NCBI RefSeq assembly: GCF_011745625.1
Contig: NW_027191457.1
Location: forward strand, 620,001 to 684,000
DNA from: Cladosporium halotolerans
Lineage: Eukaryota
Direction: 5' to 3'
Length of the DNA: 64,000 bases
Made by a program: the position numbers and the translations under genes. The notes below the pieces were generated by a model. That model saw nothing but the letters and a program-made list of their open reading frames with translations, was not told the origin of the DNA and did no database searches. The stretch's first letter is position 1; every line of letters begins with the position of its first letter. Of this stretch, positions 27,587-38,329 are shown one piece after another.

Positions 27587-28438
27587 ATGGCCGGGAACAT
27601 AAGGCACTTATTGCTAATATTGGCGCTCTCGACGAGATACTCCATTGCGGCTGACATCCTTCCACGCCAAACCGCCCTTGCTAACGCGACTGAAACTTTG
27701 ATTTCCTCGGATCAGAATGGTCCAACGATCATCCCGGATGTTCCGAGGAATGAGACATCCATCGCGTGGACTGTACACACCGAACGCTCGAGAACTGTCC
27801 TGGACCTCCCAAGCCCACCAACCGCCATATCGACGCCCGCGAAAGCCCACGTGGAAAATGAGGGCTCCATCCTTCAAGTCCCCGGCTCGCCTACGGCTAG
27901 TCCTGGTGGCCCATTTCTTACAAGAGACGGGAGCACATTTACGACTTTGCCGTCTGGCTCAGGCATTTTGATCATAGCTGAAGGAACGACTTCCACAGCC
28001 AGCGTGGGCCAGCAGATCGACACTAATGGTCGACCTACTGGTGACATAAGCCCGTGGACACCAGCCCTCCTCACCAATGCCCCGCAACAGACCATCACGA
28101 TCGGCGGCGGTGCCTATACAGCCCACGCTGTGGAAAGTTCTATGGTCATCATCGACGGTCATACCGTCAGACCGGATGCCACGACAGTGATCGACGGCGA
28201 GTCTGTCTTTTTGAGTGGCACAAGCCTCGTCGTGGCAACCGGAACCAGCACATCGACGCCAGGTCCAGGAGACGAGAGTAGCAGTGGGGTCGACGTAGGC
28301 CAGGAAGGAGACCCCTCGAGGTCATCGCCAGTGGCAGAGCAGACTGGGTCCGCAGCAGAGCCAGCATATACTTCAACATCTGGCTCTTTGATCACTGGCC
28401 TTTTCCTGTCGATCATCGGCCTAATTGTCATGTCCTAG
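27587..28438 (+). CDS. Ser/Thr-rich secreted, probably GPI-anchored cell-surface protein
   Basis: N-terminal hydrophobic signal (HLLLILALST), S/T/G-rich repeats (VIIDGHTV, TVIDGESV), and a C-terminal hydrophobic tail after a TGSA omega-like site. Confidence 0.7.
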   Translation: MAGNIRHLLLILALSTRYSIAADILPRQTALANATETLISSDQNGPTIIPDVPRNETSIAWTVHTERSRTVLDLPSPPTAISTPAKAHVENEGSILQVPGSPTASPGGPFLTRDGSTFTTLPSGSGILIIAEGTTSTASVGQQIDTNGRPTGDISPWTPALLTNAPQQTITIGGGAYTAHAVESSMVIIDGHTVRPDATTVIDGESVFLSGTSLVVATGTSTSTPGPGDESSSGVDVGQEGDPSRSSPVAEQTGSAAEPAYTSTSGSLITGLFLSIIGLIVMS

Positions 28439-28557
28439 TCTAACATGCTGGCGTTAAAATTTCTCCTAAAGTATCTGGGTCCATCCCGGTTGAAGATACG
28501 GATATCAAATTCCATGCCGTCACGCTCAATGTGACGGCTCTAATTCAAGACTGCCCA

Positions 28558-30095
28558 TCATGAGTATTCCACGCCAATCTCTGCCTTCAACGCTGGATAG
28601 CCCGAACTGTCGATCTTGGGCAGCATGGCTTCTCTCCGCTTCGTCTCCTTTTCGAACTCTTCGATCCAGCGCTTGACTTCGCTCTCTTCCGACCAGTCGC
28701 TGACAAGCTTGTCGCCGTTTCCGACTTGATGCAGCTGTGTGCCAGTTGCTGTTCGCGTTGGACATCAAGGGTTAGCGACACAGCACCATGTCACAGGAAT
28801 CGGCTGGTTTCGACTAACCTTGCGTATTCTGAGGCAGCGGCACCAAATTCTCGATGGCACCTTGCACTCTGCCTTCTAAGATATGCTTGCAGAATAACGG
28901 CTCAGCACCTAGCGGTCTCCCAATGCCGACTCCATCGCAGGCGTTGTCTTCGATTGCTCGAACCATGCCGGATGCTGTTCGGAAGCCGCCCGTCACGTAG
29001 ACTTTCGTCTTCTTGAGCAACGGCCGCAGCATCTCTGCGAACTCTATGAAGTAGCTTTCGCGAGCCTTGGTGCTTTCCTTCTTGTGCTCGAATGCTCTCC
29101 CTTCGAAAGTTCCGCCTAAATGAACGTCAGAGGAAGGCATCGAGAGTGAACCAGGTGCTATCTTGCTTACCGGACATGTCAATAAAATCGATACCCGCCT
29201 GTTCAAGCTTCACACACAGATTCCTACAGTCCTGAGGCGTCTGTCCACCAGGCTGAAACTCGACACTGTTGATCTTCACGCAAATAATGAAACTCGGATC
29301 CGGCACCCTCTCCCTCACTTCCTTGATTACTTCAAACACGATCCGGCTCCGATTCTCAAGACCCCCTCCATACTCGTCCGTCCTCTTGTTGGTCGTCAGC
29401 GACAAGAATTGGGCCAACAAATACCCATGGGCACAGTGAATCTGCACCCCATCAATTCCAGCCCGATAACACAGCGCCGCCGTCTCCCCGAAGTCCCTCA
29501 CCAGCTCTTTGATCTCCGGCACCGTCAACGGCCTCGGCTTATTAAACGAATTCCCCGCCCACGCAATCTTCAACTGCACATCACTCGCGCTCACCGGATT
29601 CGGATTCAACGCCGCGCCCCCCTGCCTGCCCGGATGGCTGAGCTGCGCAACGAACAGACTCCCATTCCGCTTCGCCACTCTCGCCACTTCCCGAAACGCC
29701 TCGACGCGATTGTCGTGGTCATCGCACAGCACGGGGTTCCCGTACGCTTCCAGCGCGTCGTACCGCACCATCACGTTGCCCGCGACGATGACGCCGATCG
29801 CGCCGCCGCCCCAGCGCTCGTACAGCCGCATGTAGGCCGCCGAGGGGAAGCCGCGGGCGCTGATGGGCGAGCCGTCGGCGTTCCAGTGGCAGAGGCGCTC
29901 GGTCATGGGCGCTTTGAGGAAGCGGTTGGGGGCCGTGCGGTTGCTGAAGGGGAAGGTGATGGGTTGGGCTAGAGCGGTGGTGTCTACGGCGGGGCCGGGG
30001 ACGCGGTGGCGGCCGGTGTGGGTGTTGGGTTGGATGGGGTGTGGATGGGGATTGGGTTTGGGGTTGGTGGTGGTGGTTGATGTGTCGTACTCCAT
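28558..30095 (-). CDS. NADH:flavin oxidoreductase / old yellow enzyme family; exons 30095-29171, 29115-28819, 28748-28558
   Basis: PNRFLKAPMTE, QLSHPGRQ, DGVQIHCAHGYLLAQFLS, NKRTDEYGG and VTGGFRT motifs. Two canonical introns. Confidence 0.93.
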
Positions 30096-32122
30096 GACTA
30101 TTAGTGGGTGTTGGCTATTGGGAGAGCGGGTATGCTGCGAATCTTTCGTATGCGAACGTTCGATTTTATGAAACAACGAGGAGAAGGCGTTGTGATTACT
30201 AGAATGCGGCTATGGCTACACTTAGTTTTTACGTTGGTCAGTTATTACCGTCTTGTTCCCCCTCTCGATGGGGATGGTCTACGCGGGGTTTGGTTCAGAC
30301 AGTGCCGACAGAACCGAGTATGCGCATAGAATTGCGTGCGACGATCAGTGCCCACGACCTACAGAAGCTAATTTCATATGCAGCACGATAAAGACGACTG
30401 CTGTCTCGTAATGCCTCGCAAGGCACGATTGTTGCGGTACGCTGTAAGGTTTGGGTTCTAGGCGAAGGACGGCTTGCGGCATCGTTCTTGCCATTGATGG
30501 CTGCCTGGGAATATCATGTACATCCGTGATTAGCGTGACTTGTCATTTCCACCAACACACGTGCTGCAGAAGTGACTGCGAGATCCGAATGTCACAGAGA
30601 ACCATATTCGTGTGGCGATGTCGCCCCTCATACAACGACCCCTACCGGAGCAATGCGTATCCATCGCGCCATCCCTCCCAAGCAATCTGGCCCGGGAGGA
30701 CACAGAGAGAGCACGGTGAACAGCCGTGACCATATCACACGATCAAGAGTCGCAGGATCCCCTCATGGACGGAGCAGCACATAGTACGGCGGTACTGCGC
30801 TCTGTGCGCTGCTGTCGCGCTCGACCACAACGCAGCTCGATGGCGACCCGCGTCCAGTGCTCGCTGTGCAACACGTAAGGCCTGTTCCTGGTGTCCGAAT
30901 CGGGCGGGCAAGAGCATGGGACAAGGATCAATGCGGACGTGTCCACGTGGAGCCTTGACCACGACTACGGGATGTCTGCTGCTCCTCGTCCACGGTAGAC
31001 GGACGCTATGGCACTCCGGCACCGCATGGCCAGCACTACTAGCACTGCTTCTCCAAGGCCCACGGCGACACAGGCACGGCAGAGTGCAGACAAACGCAAA
31101 CCGCCTGCCAGGTGCCGATTGGCTTTGGAGACCCCATGCCCGCCGGGCGCAGGAAGGGTAGCGGGCTGGCATGCGTGATTAGCTGCCCGCAGCCCTAGTC
31201 AGGAACAGGACGATTCCCCTCGGCCAGCCAGCCGCTAAGGCTTAGGGGGCCCTGACAGCGCACCTGGAGACACCACGGCCTTCAGTCTTCACGCGCTGCA
31301 GAAACGCTCGCAAAGGACGCCGGTCACAGCGCTGCCCCGGCCGTTCACAGCGCAAGACATGGCTAATCTTCACGTTTGGCCGCCGTCGAACCATTGGGTC
31401 TGGGCCAAGCCCAAAAGGGAAGGATTCGGGGTGTTCCAAGGGTTCTCGAAAGCCCCCTTTTTTAGTCTCCGTACGGAACCTCATCTCCCACGCCGCCGGG
31501 ACCATGTATCCATAACATTAGCCCAGCCCATCGTTCCCTCGTCGCTCTTTGCTCCTGCTGCCGCCGCTGCTTTCTTCAAGCGTTGCACCCTGTCGCTGGC
31601 TCTGGCGCCGTCGCTCCTTTCACTTGCCCTTCTTCACCACACCCATTGGCCTCGAGAGCTTGCCATTGTTTATCTTCGCCCGTCCCTCTTCTTCGTCTCC
31701 GTCCCGCTTGTGCTCACCAACGGTGGAGCCCTCCTAATTACCGAGCCCTGCTATAGTGGTCGAGCCATCCGCGCAACGCTCCACGCTTGAAGAGTTGGAT
31801 AGGATACACAGGGAGCCCGAACGAGGAGGAACTGTACATATTCCGGCGCTGCTCTAGAAGCCGTCGTCACAAAGCCGACCGCATCGCCCGGCGGCTCTTC
31901 TGCATTGCATACAGACGCAGGCCCGAGCATTGTTGTCTCACGTCGTCGCGATCTGAAGACCGGTCCAGCCTCACGCCTGCATTATCTGCTCAGCCAGACC
32001 TTAATACCTTCGATCTCCCTGCATTAGTTTGTTCGGCTTCGTTGAGCCGGACTCCTTCAAGCGTCACCACGGCCGTCCTTTCAGCAAACCCGCGGGACAG
32101 TCTCCCGCCGCATTCACTTGGC

Positions 32123-34609
32123 ATGCAGCCCAGCGACTCGATGTCGGGGCCCAACCTGGGACACAGGCACACACAATCCTATGCCGTGAAGCAGTCTAGC
32201 GACACCGGCTTCTCGCATGGTTCATTTCACAACAACCAACCTTCAATCGGCGGCTACGCAGATCGTCACCCTCAGCGCGCCAACGTGCCCTCGATCAACA
32301 CCCGTCAGATCCCTCAGGCCTTCAATGGTACTGACATGCAAACCCCCCAGACCGGGTTTGACATGAACTACACTCCCCTGCTCCCCTCAGGATTGCTCGT
32401 TGGCAGCCCCTTTCAGCCCGGCTCTCCTTCCACGTACCAATCCTCGCAGTTTCAGAACTTCCCCAGCTTCCCTCAGCAGAACTCCCGCCAGAACCAGCAA
32501 GCTCAAATGAGCAACGCCTTCCCGCAGCAGCAGGCGGGCTTCTCGTCGAACGCCTACCCGAGCCTCGCATCGCCTACCGGGCTGAACGCCGGTGGTTTCT
32601 TCGGCGGCATCCAGTCGCCAACTACTGGGTTCAACGCCCTCGCGAACACCTCCTTGGGAAACTACCAGTCGATGGGTGTCTCCCCTGGCCTTGTTTCCGG
32701 TACCAGTAGGACTGTATACCTTGGCAACATTCCCCCGGACACCTCCGCCGAGGAGATCCTTGGACATGTGAGAAGTGGACAAATCGAGTCTGTCAGACTT
32801 CTGCCGGACAAGAACTGTGCTTTTATTTCCTTCTTGGACGGCAGCTCTGCCACCCACTTCCACTCCGATGCTATCCTGAAAAAGTTGGCTATTAAGGGTC
32901 AGGACATCAAGATTGGCTGGGGCAAGCCGTCGTCAGTGCCGACTTCGGTCGCTCTTGCTGTTCAGCAGAATGGCGCGTCGCGCAACGTCTACTTGGGTAA
33001 CCTTCCCGAGGAAACGAGTGAGGAGGAGTTGCGTGAGGACCTTGGCAAGTTCGGCCCCATCGACACTGTTAAGATCGTGCGCGAGAAGGCCATCGGCTTC
33101 GTCCATTTCTTGTCCATCGGCAATGCCATCAAGGCCGTCACTCAACTTCCTCAGGACCCGAACTGGCAAGCTCCTCGCAGGGTGTACTATGGCAAGGACC
33201 GCTGCGCTTACGTCTCCAAGACGCAACAGCAGAACGCCGCGCAGTACCTTGGCATTGCTCCCGGATACGCTCACGTTCTGAACGGCGCTGACCGCGACCT
33301 CATCACCAGCGCTCTAGCTCAGCAATCGGTGGCTGCTGCTGCCGTGGCTCAGACTGCTGGTGGCGCGAACAACGTCGGAAACCGCACCGTTTACTTGGGC
33401 AACATCCACCCTGAGACCTCTATCGAGGAGATCTGCAACGTCGTCAGGGGTGGTCTGCTGCACCACATCCGCTACATTCCCGACAAGCACATCTGCTTCG
33501 TCACCTTCATCGACCCGACTTCAGCCGCGTCATTCTATGCTCTCAGCAACCTCCAGGGCCTGATGATCCACAACCGCCGCCTGAAGATCGGCTGGGGCAA
33601 GCACTCGGGTGCTCTCCCTCCCGCGATCGCCCTCGCAGTGTCTGGAGGTGCCTCGCGGAACGTGTATGTCGGCAACCTTGACGAGACCTGGACAGAGGAA
33701 CGCCTGAGGCAGGACTTCCAGGAGTACGGCGAGATCGAGCTGATCAACACTCTGCGCGAGAAGAGCTGTGCGTTCGTCAACTTCACCAACATCGCCAACG
33801 CCATCAAGGCCATCGAGGCCGTCCGCGGCAAGGACGAGTATAAGCGCTTCAAGGTCAACTTCGGCAAGGACAGGTGCGGCAACCCGCCTCGCCAGATGAA
33901 CAACCAGCAGCAGCAACAGCAGCAGCAGCAGGGTCAGGAGAATGGCGTTCAGTCGCCCTCGCCCATGAGCGCTCTCCAAGGCAACCGCGCCCAGAACTCC
34001 ATCTCCCCTGTGGGCTCCGGCAACAGCCAGAGCGGCCAGTACGGCTCCATGGGCCCGACTCCCTCATCCATCCTCAACTCCGGCAACGCCAACCCCTTGA
34101 CACTCTACCTCGCGGCCGCGCAAGCCCAGGCCCAGATGCCCCAGCAGCAGCCCGACATGAGCCCGTCCGCCTTCGAAGATCAGCCCTACTTCCAATCGCA
34201 GCAGCAACAGTCGCAGCCCCAGCCCCAACAGCAGCAGAGCGTGCCCACCACCTCCGCCGCCCAGCAAGCCTTCTACAGCTCGCCGAACGAAGTCGCCTCG
34301 ACGCGCACCTCCGGCCTCGACCTCCCCAGCCAGCCGCAGTTTGGCCACGGCAGCCACCAGAGCATCAACATCGCCAACGGCCTGCCGCTCAACGCCGCCT
34401 ACGCCAACCCCAACAGTCCGGCCTCGCGCGCCTCGCACAACCGCGCCGTCAGCCTGCCCGCCTTCAACCTCCAGCAGGCCCAGCAGCAGCAACAGCAGCA
34501 GCAGGGCTTCGCGGGCCTGGGCGCCGGGCTCGGGGGCTTCGGCGCCAGCTCGTATGCGCTTTCGGGCGAGGGCGCGCTGCCTGGGTGGGCGGAGGAGGAG
34601 GTTGCGTGA
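32123..34609 (+). CDS. nrd1: Four-RRM RNA-binding protein, S. pombe Nrd1 / S. cerevisiae Mrn1 orthologue
   Basis: Four RRMs (SRTVYLGNI, SRNVYLGNL, NRTVYLGNI, SRNVYVGNL) with IGWGK and GKDRC ends, and Q-rich termini. First in-frame ATG at 32123. Confidence 0.9.
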   Translation: MQPSDSMSGPNLGHRHTQSYAVKQSSDTGFSHGSFHNNQPSIGGYADRHPQRANVPSINTRQIPQAFNGTDMQTPQTGFDMNYTPLLPSGLLVGSPFQPGSPSTYQSSQFQNFPSFPQQNSRQNQQAQMSNAFPQQQAGFSSNAYPSLASPTGLNAGGFFGGIQSPTTGFNALANTSLGNYQSMGVSPGLVSGTSRTVYLGNIPPDTSAEEILGHVRSGQIESVRLLPDKNCAFISFLDGSSATHFHSDAILKKLAIKGQDIKIGWGKPSSVPTSVALAVQQNGASRNVYLGNLPEETSEEELREDLGKFGPIDTVKIVREKAIGFVHFLSIGNAIKAVTQLPQDPNWQAPRRVYYGKDRCAYVSKTQQQNAAQYLGIAPGYAHVLNGADRDLITSALAQQSVAAAAVAQTAGGANNVGNRTVYLGNIHPETSIEEICNVVRGGLLHHIRYIPDKHICFVTFIDPTSAASFYALSNLQGLMIHNRRLKIGWGKHSGALPPAIALAVSGGASRNVYVGNLDETWTEERLRQDFQEYGEIELINTLREKSCAFVNFTNIANAIKAIEAVRGKDEYKRFKVNFGKDRCGNPPRQMNNQQQQQQQQQGQENGVQSPSPMSALQGNRAQNSISPVGSGNSQSGQYGSMGPTPSSILNSGNANPLTLYLAAAQAQAQMPQQQPDMSPSAFEDQPYFQSQQQQSQPQPQQQQSVPTTSAAQQAFYSSPNEVASTRTSGLDLPSQPQFGHGSHQSINIANGLPLNAAYANPNSPASRASHNRAVSLPAFNLQQAQQQQQQQQGFAGLGAGLGGFGASSYALSGEGALPGWAEEEVA

Positions 34610-35392
34610 AGGGTTCTCTGATTAGAGGAGGGTCTGGCTGCGTGTTCTTTTCCTTTTCTTTTACCCCTTCTTGCCATGCATTGCTACAACCAAAATAACA
34701 CCACCTTTTCATGTATGTTTGGAGCGGAACGGAGAGGAGGCAGGAGGAAGCCAAGGGAGGAGGCTATGCGGTGTCTCACGATGAACGCAACCCGCACAAG
34801 AGGGACGCTGCTCCTTCCTTGGATCTAATACCCGCGGAGGAACTTCTCACGCGTGAGATATTGACCGGTGGCAGTCGACGGCAACCTGGCCCCCCGGTGG
34901 CCGATTTACTACAACACTTTAGTTTTACCCTTTTCCTTTTCTTATCCCCTTTCACACCCCTTTGTCGCTACTGTATTTATTCGGTTATTCTATTTATTGC
35001 TTTCACGTTCTTTTGACTCGCGCTGAAGTGTAGTTCTATGTGCTAGTCTAGTTTTGCTTGTTTTCATCGGCGCACACGACTTCCACTTGCATCATCGCGC
35101 GGCGTACAAGGGCATTCTGACCTCGGAACACTTTGGCTCTGAAGTGCCTGCCAGCACATTCGTTCGCTTTGAGTTCTCTTTTGGGCACAACAGTTAGCAC
35201 AAGAGCGATCCACCAATTGAACACGAGATTTATTCCCTTTCGAACAGAAATGTATTGAAAGCCCCTCTTCAGAGCCAAATAGTCGGGAAACAACCGCTGA
35301 TATATCCAACTCAACTCGCCAACAACGCCAACGCTAGATCGCCAACATCTATCCCCTACAGAAACAATCAAGATAGCAAAAAAACCACAGGT

Positions 35393-37168
35393 TCAACCAT
35401 CCCTCCCACCCCCTCCCCCAACATCAACCCCACTACTCTCCCCCGTCGCCCCCTTCTCAACATCCCTCTCCCCCTCCCCCTCCTCCCTCTCCTGCCCCTG
35501 CGCCCTCGCGCTCGCCAAAGAAGCCCTCCTAACCCCCTCCTCGTCCTCCGGCGCCCCCTCCCTACAAGCCCACCGATCCACCAACCTCAGCACCTCCCCG
35601 CTCCAAATCCGATTCATAGCCAGCAGGCGAAACGGCACGAGCGCGATGATGATGATCGGAAACGCCGGCCCCGCGATCGTCAGCGTCACGATGAACACGA
35701 CCACCGTCATCGCGATCTCGAACAGCGTGTACGCGTGGATCGGCCAGTAGCTCTTGATGCCCGGCGGCAGCTCCGGGAGCTCGGAGGGCGGGGTCAGCAT
35801 GTGGAAGGTGCGGGTGAGGATCGGGTTGGCGGCGAGGGACTGCTGGCCCATGAAGATGAAGAGGCCCGCGAGGACGCTGGTGGGGGTGAGGCCGAGGACG
35901 AGCTGGAGGGGCGGCGCGATGAAGATCAGGATGGCGGCGGCGTGGAGGAAGTGCGACCAGCGCTGCTCGTGGACGCGCTGGACGGGGAGGTGGATGGTGC
36001 GCTCGAGGCCGTGCTTGTCGAGGACGGTTGCCGGGGTGGTTTCGCCGGGGACGGCGTGGAGGAGGGACTCGGAGTGCAGGGGCGCTTGCGGGAGGAGGCC
36101 GTTGGCGGGCGGGATGCCGAGGATGCCGCAGAGGGCGGTGGTGGCGCCGAGGAGGACGATGTCGAGCGAGTAGCCGGTGGGTTTGCGGATGCCGTAGCGC
36201 TTGATGGTGCAGATGATGCTGCTGATTTCGTGGTCGAAGAAGAAGAGCACGGTGATGATGGCGCCCGGGATGATGGCGGCGAAGACCCAGCTGACGGGCA
36301 GGTGCCAGAACTCGACGTAGAATTTGTCGCGGCCGGGCAGAGAGGGGATGAAGCCGCTGCTGCTCGTGTGGAGTCTGCCTTTGGGGACGTCTTTCATTTC
36401 GCCCACGTATGGCATGCCGATGAAGAAGATGATGCTGATCGCCGCCGCATACTCTCGCAGCCCCATGCGAATGTAACGATGAAACAAGGGTTCCCATGAC
36501 TCGGCGTAGGACAAGAATAGAGCCAGGATGAAAGTGCCGATGGCGCCTATTATGGCATATAGAAAGCCCTCGAACGGGAGATTGGCATGCGCTCGCTCCA
36601 GTTCCTGCACTGCCTTGTGGAAGTAGATGATAGAATTAAGCAGGCTGAAGACCTCACAGCTGAACTCCGTCACATAGAGCATCGTCCAGTCGTGCGCGTT
36701 GAAGAAGGCCAGCAACCAGTGCATCCAACCGGCGTGGATGAGCGACCAGGCCATGAACGGCAAGAAAGGGATGTCGAAGCTGTTGGTGCATAGCTTATAG
36801 ATATTCTCAGCCAGCACTGAGAACGGGCCCGTCACGCCCAGGATGTTCAAGGGCTGCAAGGAAAAGACCGAGTGGATGACGCCGCATAGTCCCGTGCTCA
36901 GCACCACTTCGATGGTGCCCCAATTCTCGCCGGTGTTGGAGTAGAGATCGCTGGCGAAAGTGAGGCCAGGGAGCAGGTTGGTAAAGAAGACGAAGACGGC
37001 GCTGGCGACGACGAGCTGATTGAAGACCTTCCAGTCCGAAGGGTAGCGCTTGACGAGGTTCCTGCAGTCCTGGCGCAGCAGCTTGAACGGCTCGAGGGCT
37101 CCATCTTTGCGGAAAGGCGCCAGAGTCCCAGACAGCCAGCCTTTCTTCTTCTTCTGCGGCGATTCCAT
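35393..37168 (-). CDS. SLC4/HCO3- family borate transporter (Bor1-like), intronless
   Basis: Y-x-SDW, FFTNLLPGLTF, QPLNILGVTGP, LFFFDHEISS, PPANGLLPQAPLHS, VHEQRWS and LAGLFIFMG motifs. Confidence 0.92.
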   Translation of the reverse strand: MESPQKKKKGWLSGTLAPFRKDGALEPFKLLRQDCRNLVKRYPSDWKVFNQLVVASAVFVFFTNLLPGLTFASDLYSNTGENWGTIEVVLSTGLCGVIHSVFSLQPLNILGVTGPFSVLAENIYKLCTNSFDIPFLPFMAWSLIHAGWMHWLLAFFNAHDWTMLYVTEFSCEVFSLLNSIIYFHKAVQELERAHANLPFEGFLYAIIGAIGTFILALFLSYAESWEPLFHRYIRMGLREYAAAISIIFFIGMPYVGEMKDVPKGRLHTSSSGFIPSLPGRDKFYVEFWHLPVSWVFAAIIPGAIITVLFFFDHEISSIICTIKRYGIRKPTGYSLDIVLLGATTALCGILGIPPANGLLPQAPLHSESLLHAVPGETTPATVLDKHGLERTIHLPVQRVHEQRWSHFLHAAAILIFIAPPLQLVLGLTPTSVLAGLFIFMGQQSLAANPILTRTFHMLTPPSELPELPPGIKSYWPIHAYTLFEIAMTVVVFIVTLTIAGPAFPIIIIALVPFRLLAMNRIWSGEVLRLVDRWACREGAPEDEEGVRRASLASARAQGQEREEGEGERDVEKGATGESSGVDVGGGGGRDG

Positions 37169-38329
37169 TCTGTAACGGTTCTCCAGATGCGCGGGGGCAG
37201 TCTCTGCGTCCGCGTTCGCCTCTCAAGGCGCCCTCACGGTTCAGAATCGCATGGTACTCAAAAACGGAGGGTCCGTATATCGATCGCAGAAGTCTTGAGA
37301 AACGCTGGTATACAGGAGCGAACAGTCTGGGCGTCCTTGGCCAAGATTTATCTACACCCGTTGAGATCGACACGAGGTGGGCGGGAGGCCTGTCAAGGCG
37401 GCGGCGGGCCACTTTGGGCTGGCGGCCCCAGAGTGGCGCCAACGTCACCGCCAGCCAGGGCCGCGACGACTTTCGCAAAGAGAGTTTCCATGGCTTGCGA
37501 CTCGGACCCTTGTCGATGCTTCTGAACCTCGGGACCGTTGCTTGTTGGATGAAGAAAGTGTAATCGACTGGCTAGCACGTGTTTGTGGAACATGTGTTTC
37601 GCGACGATCCTGCTGTCTCACCAGATGTGCTTATGTACGGCTAAAAGCACGTGTCTGAGAGATCAATTCGCACGGCATGATCGCATCCTTATGGGCGAGC
37701 ATGTACGCGGGTAGGTCACTTCCAAGGAACAACAAACTGGCGCAAGTAGCTTTTTCACGGCCCAACACATCGCCTGCGCCAACGAAGGCCAACGCATTGA
37801 GTGATATCGCCACGAATGGAAAGATGAAAGTCATTTATAACAAAATGAACACCTCACAGCACCAGACCTCGCTCACTAATAGACATGACCCAAAAGAGAG
37901 CAATACGATCATCGATCCTTCAGTGGTAGAAACTATAATAGCTACCTTATAACCTTCCCAGGCGCACTTTCGCCCTCGCCCTCACCTCATCTCAGCTCAT
38001 CACATCAAAAGTTCGTTCCTCTAGCAAAACAACCCTTTGACAAGCCCCGTTTTCCCTTTCCCATTCGTTCAAGGATTTAGCAAAAGAAGTGAAAAACCGG
38101 AGGATAGAGAAACACAGAAGAAGAAGCAGAAGCAAAAAAAGACGCCGCGCTCCACCCCGCACGGCTTTCAGCAAGCGCCATTCGATTCGATTCGAGCCAA
38201 CGGCAGCGGAAAAAAATGCAGTAGAAAGCGACAAAGAACGGTTGGAGGGAGCCAGAAAAACGCCGGGCCAGGTGGACAAAGTTGCATTTCGTGAGGGTTT
38301 TAGAGCGGAGCAAGACTCGGTCCTCCCTT

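Noticed and set aside
15072..30095. Group of oxidoreductases (isomerase, DAO, SCCPDH-like, OYE) as a possible metabolic gene cluster
   Set aside because: Interspersed with housekeeping genes (MED22, RPL43, RPS24, EFM3). No backbone synthase or cluster regulator.
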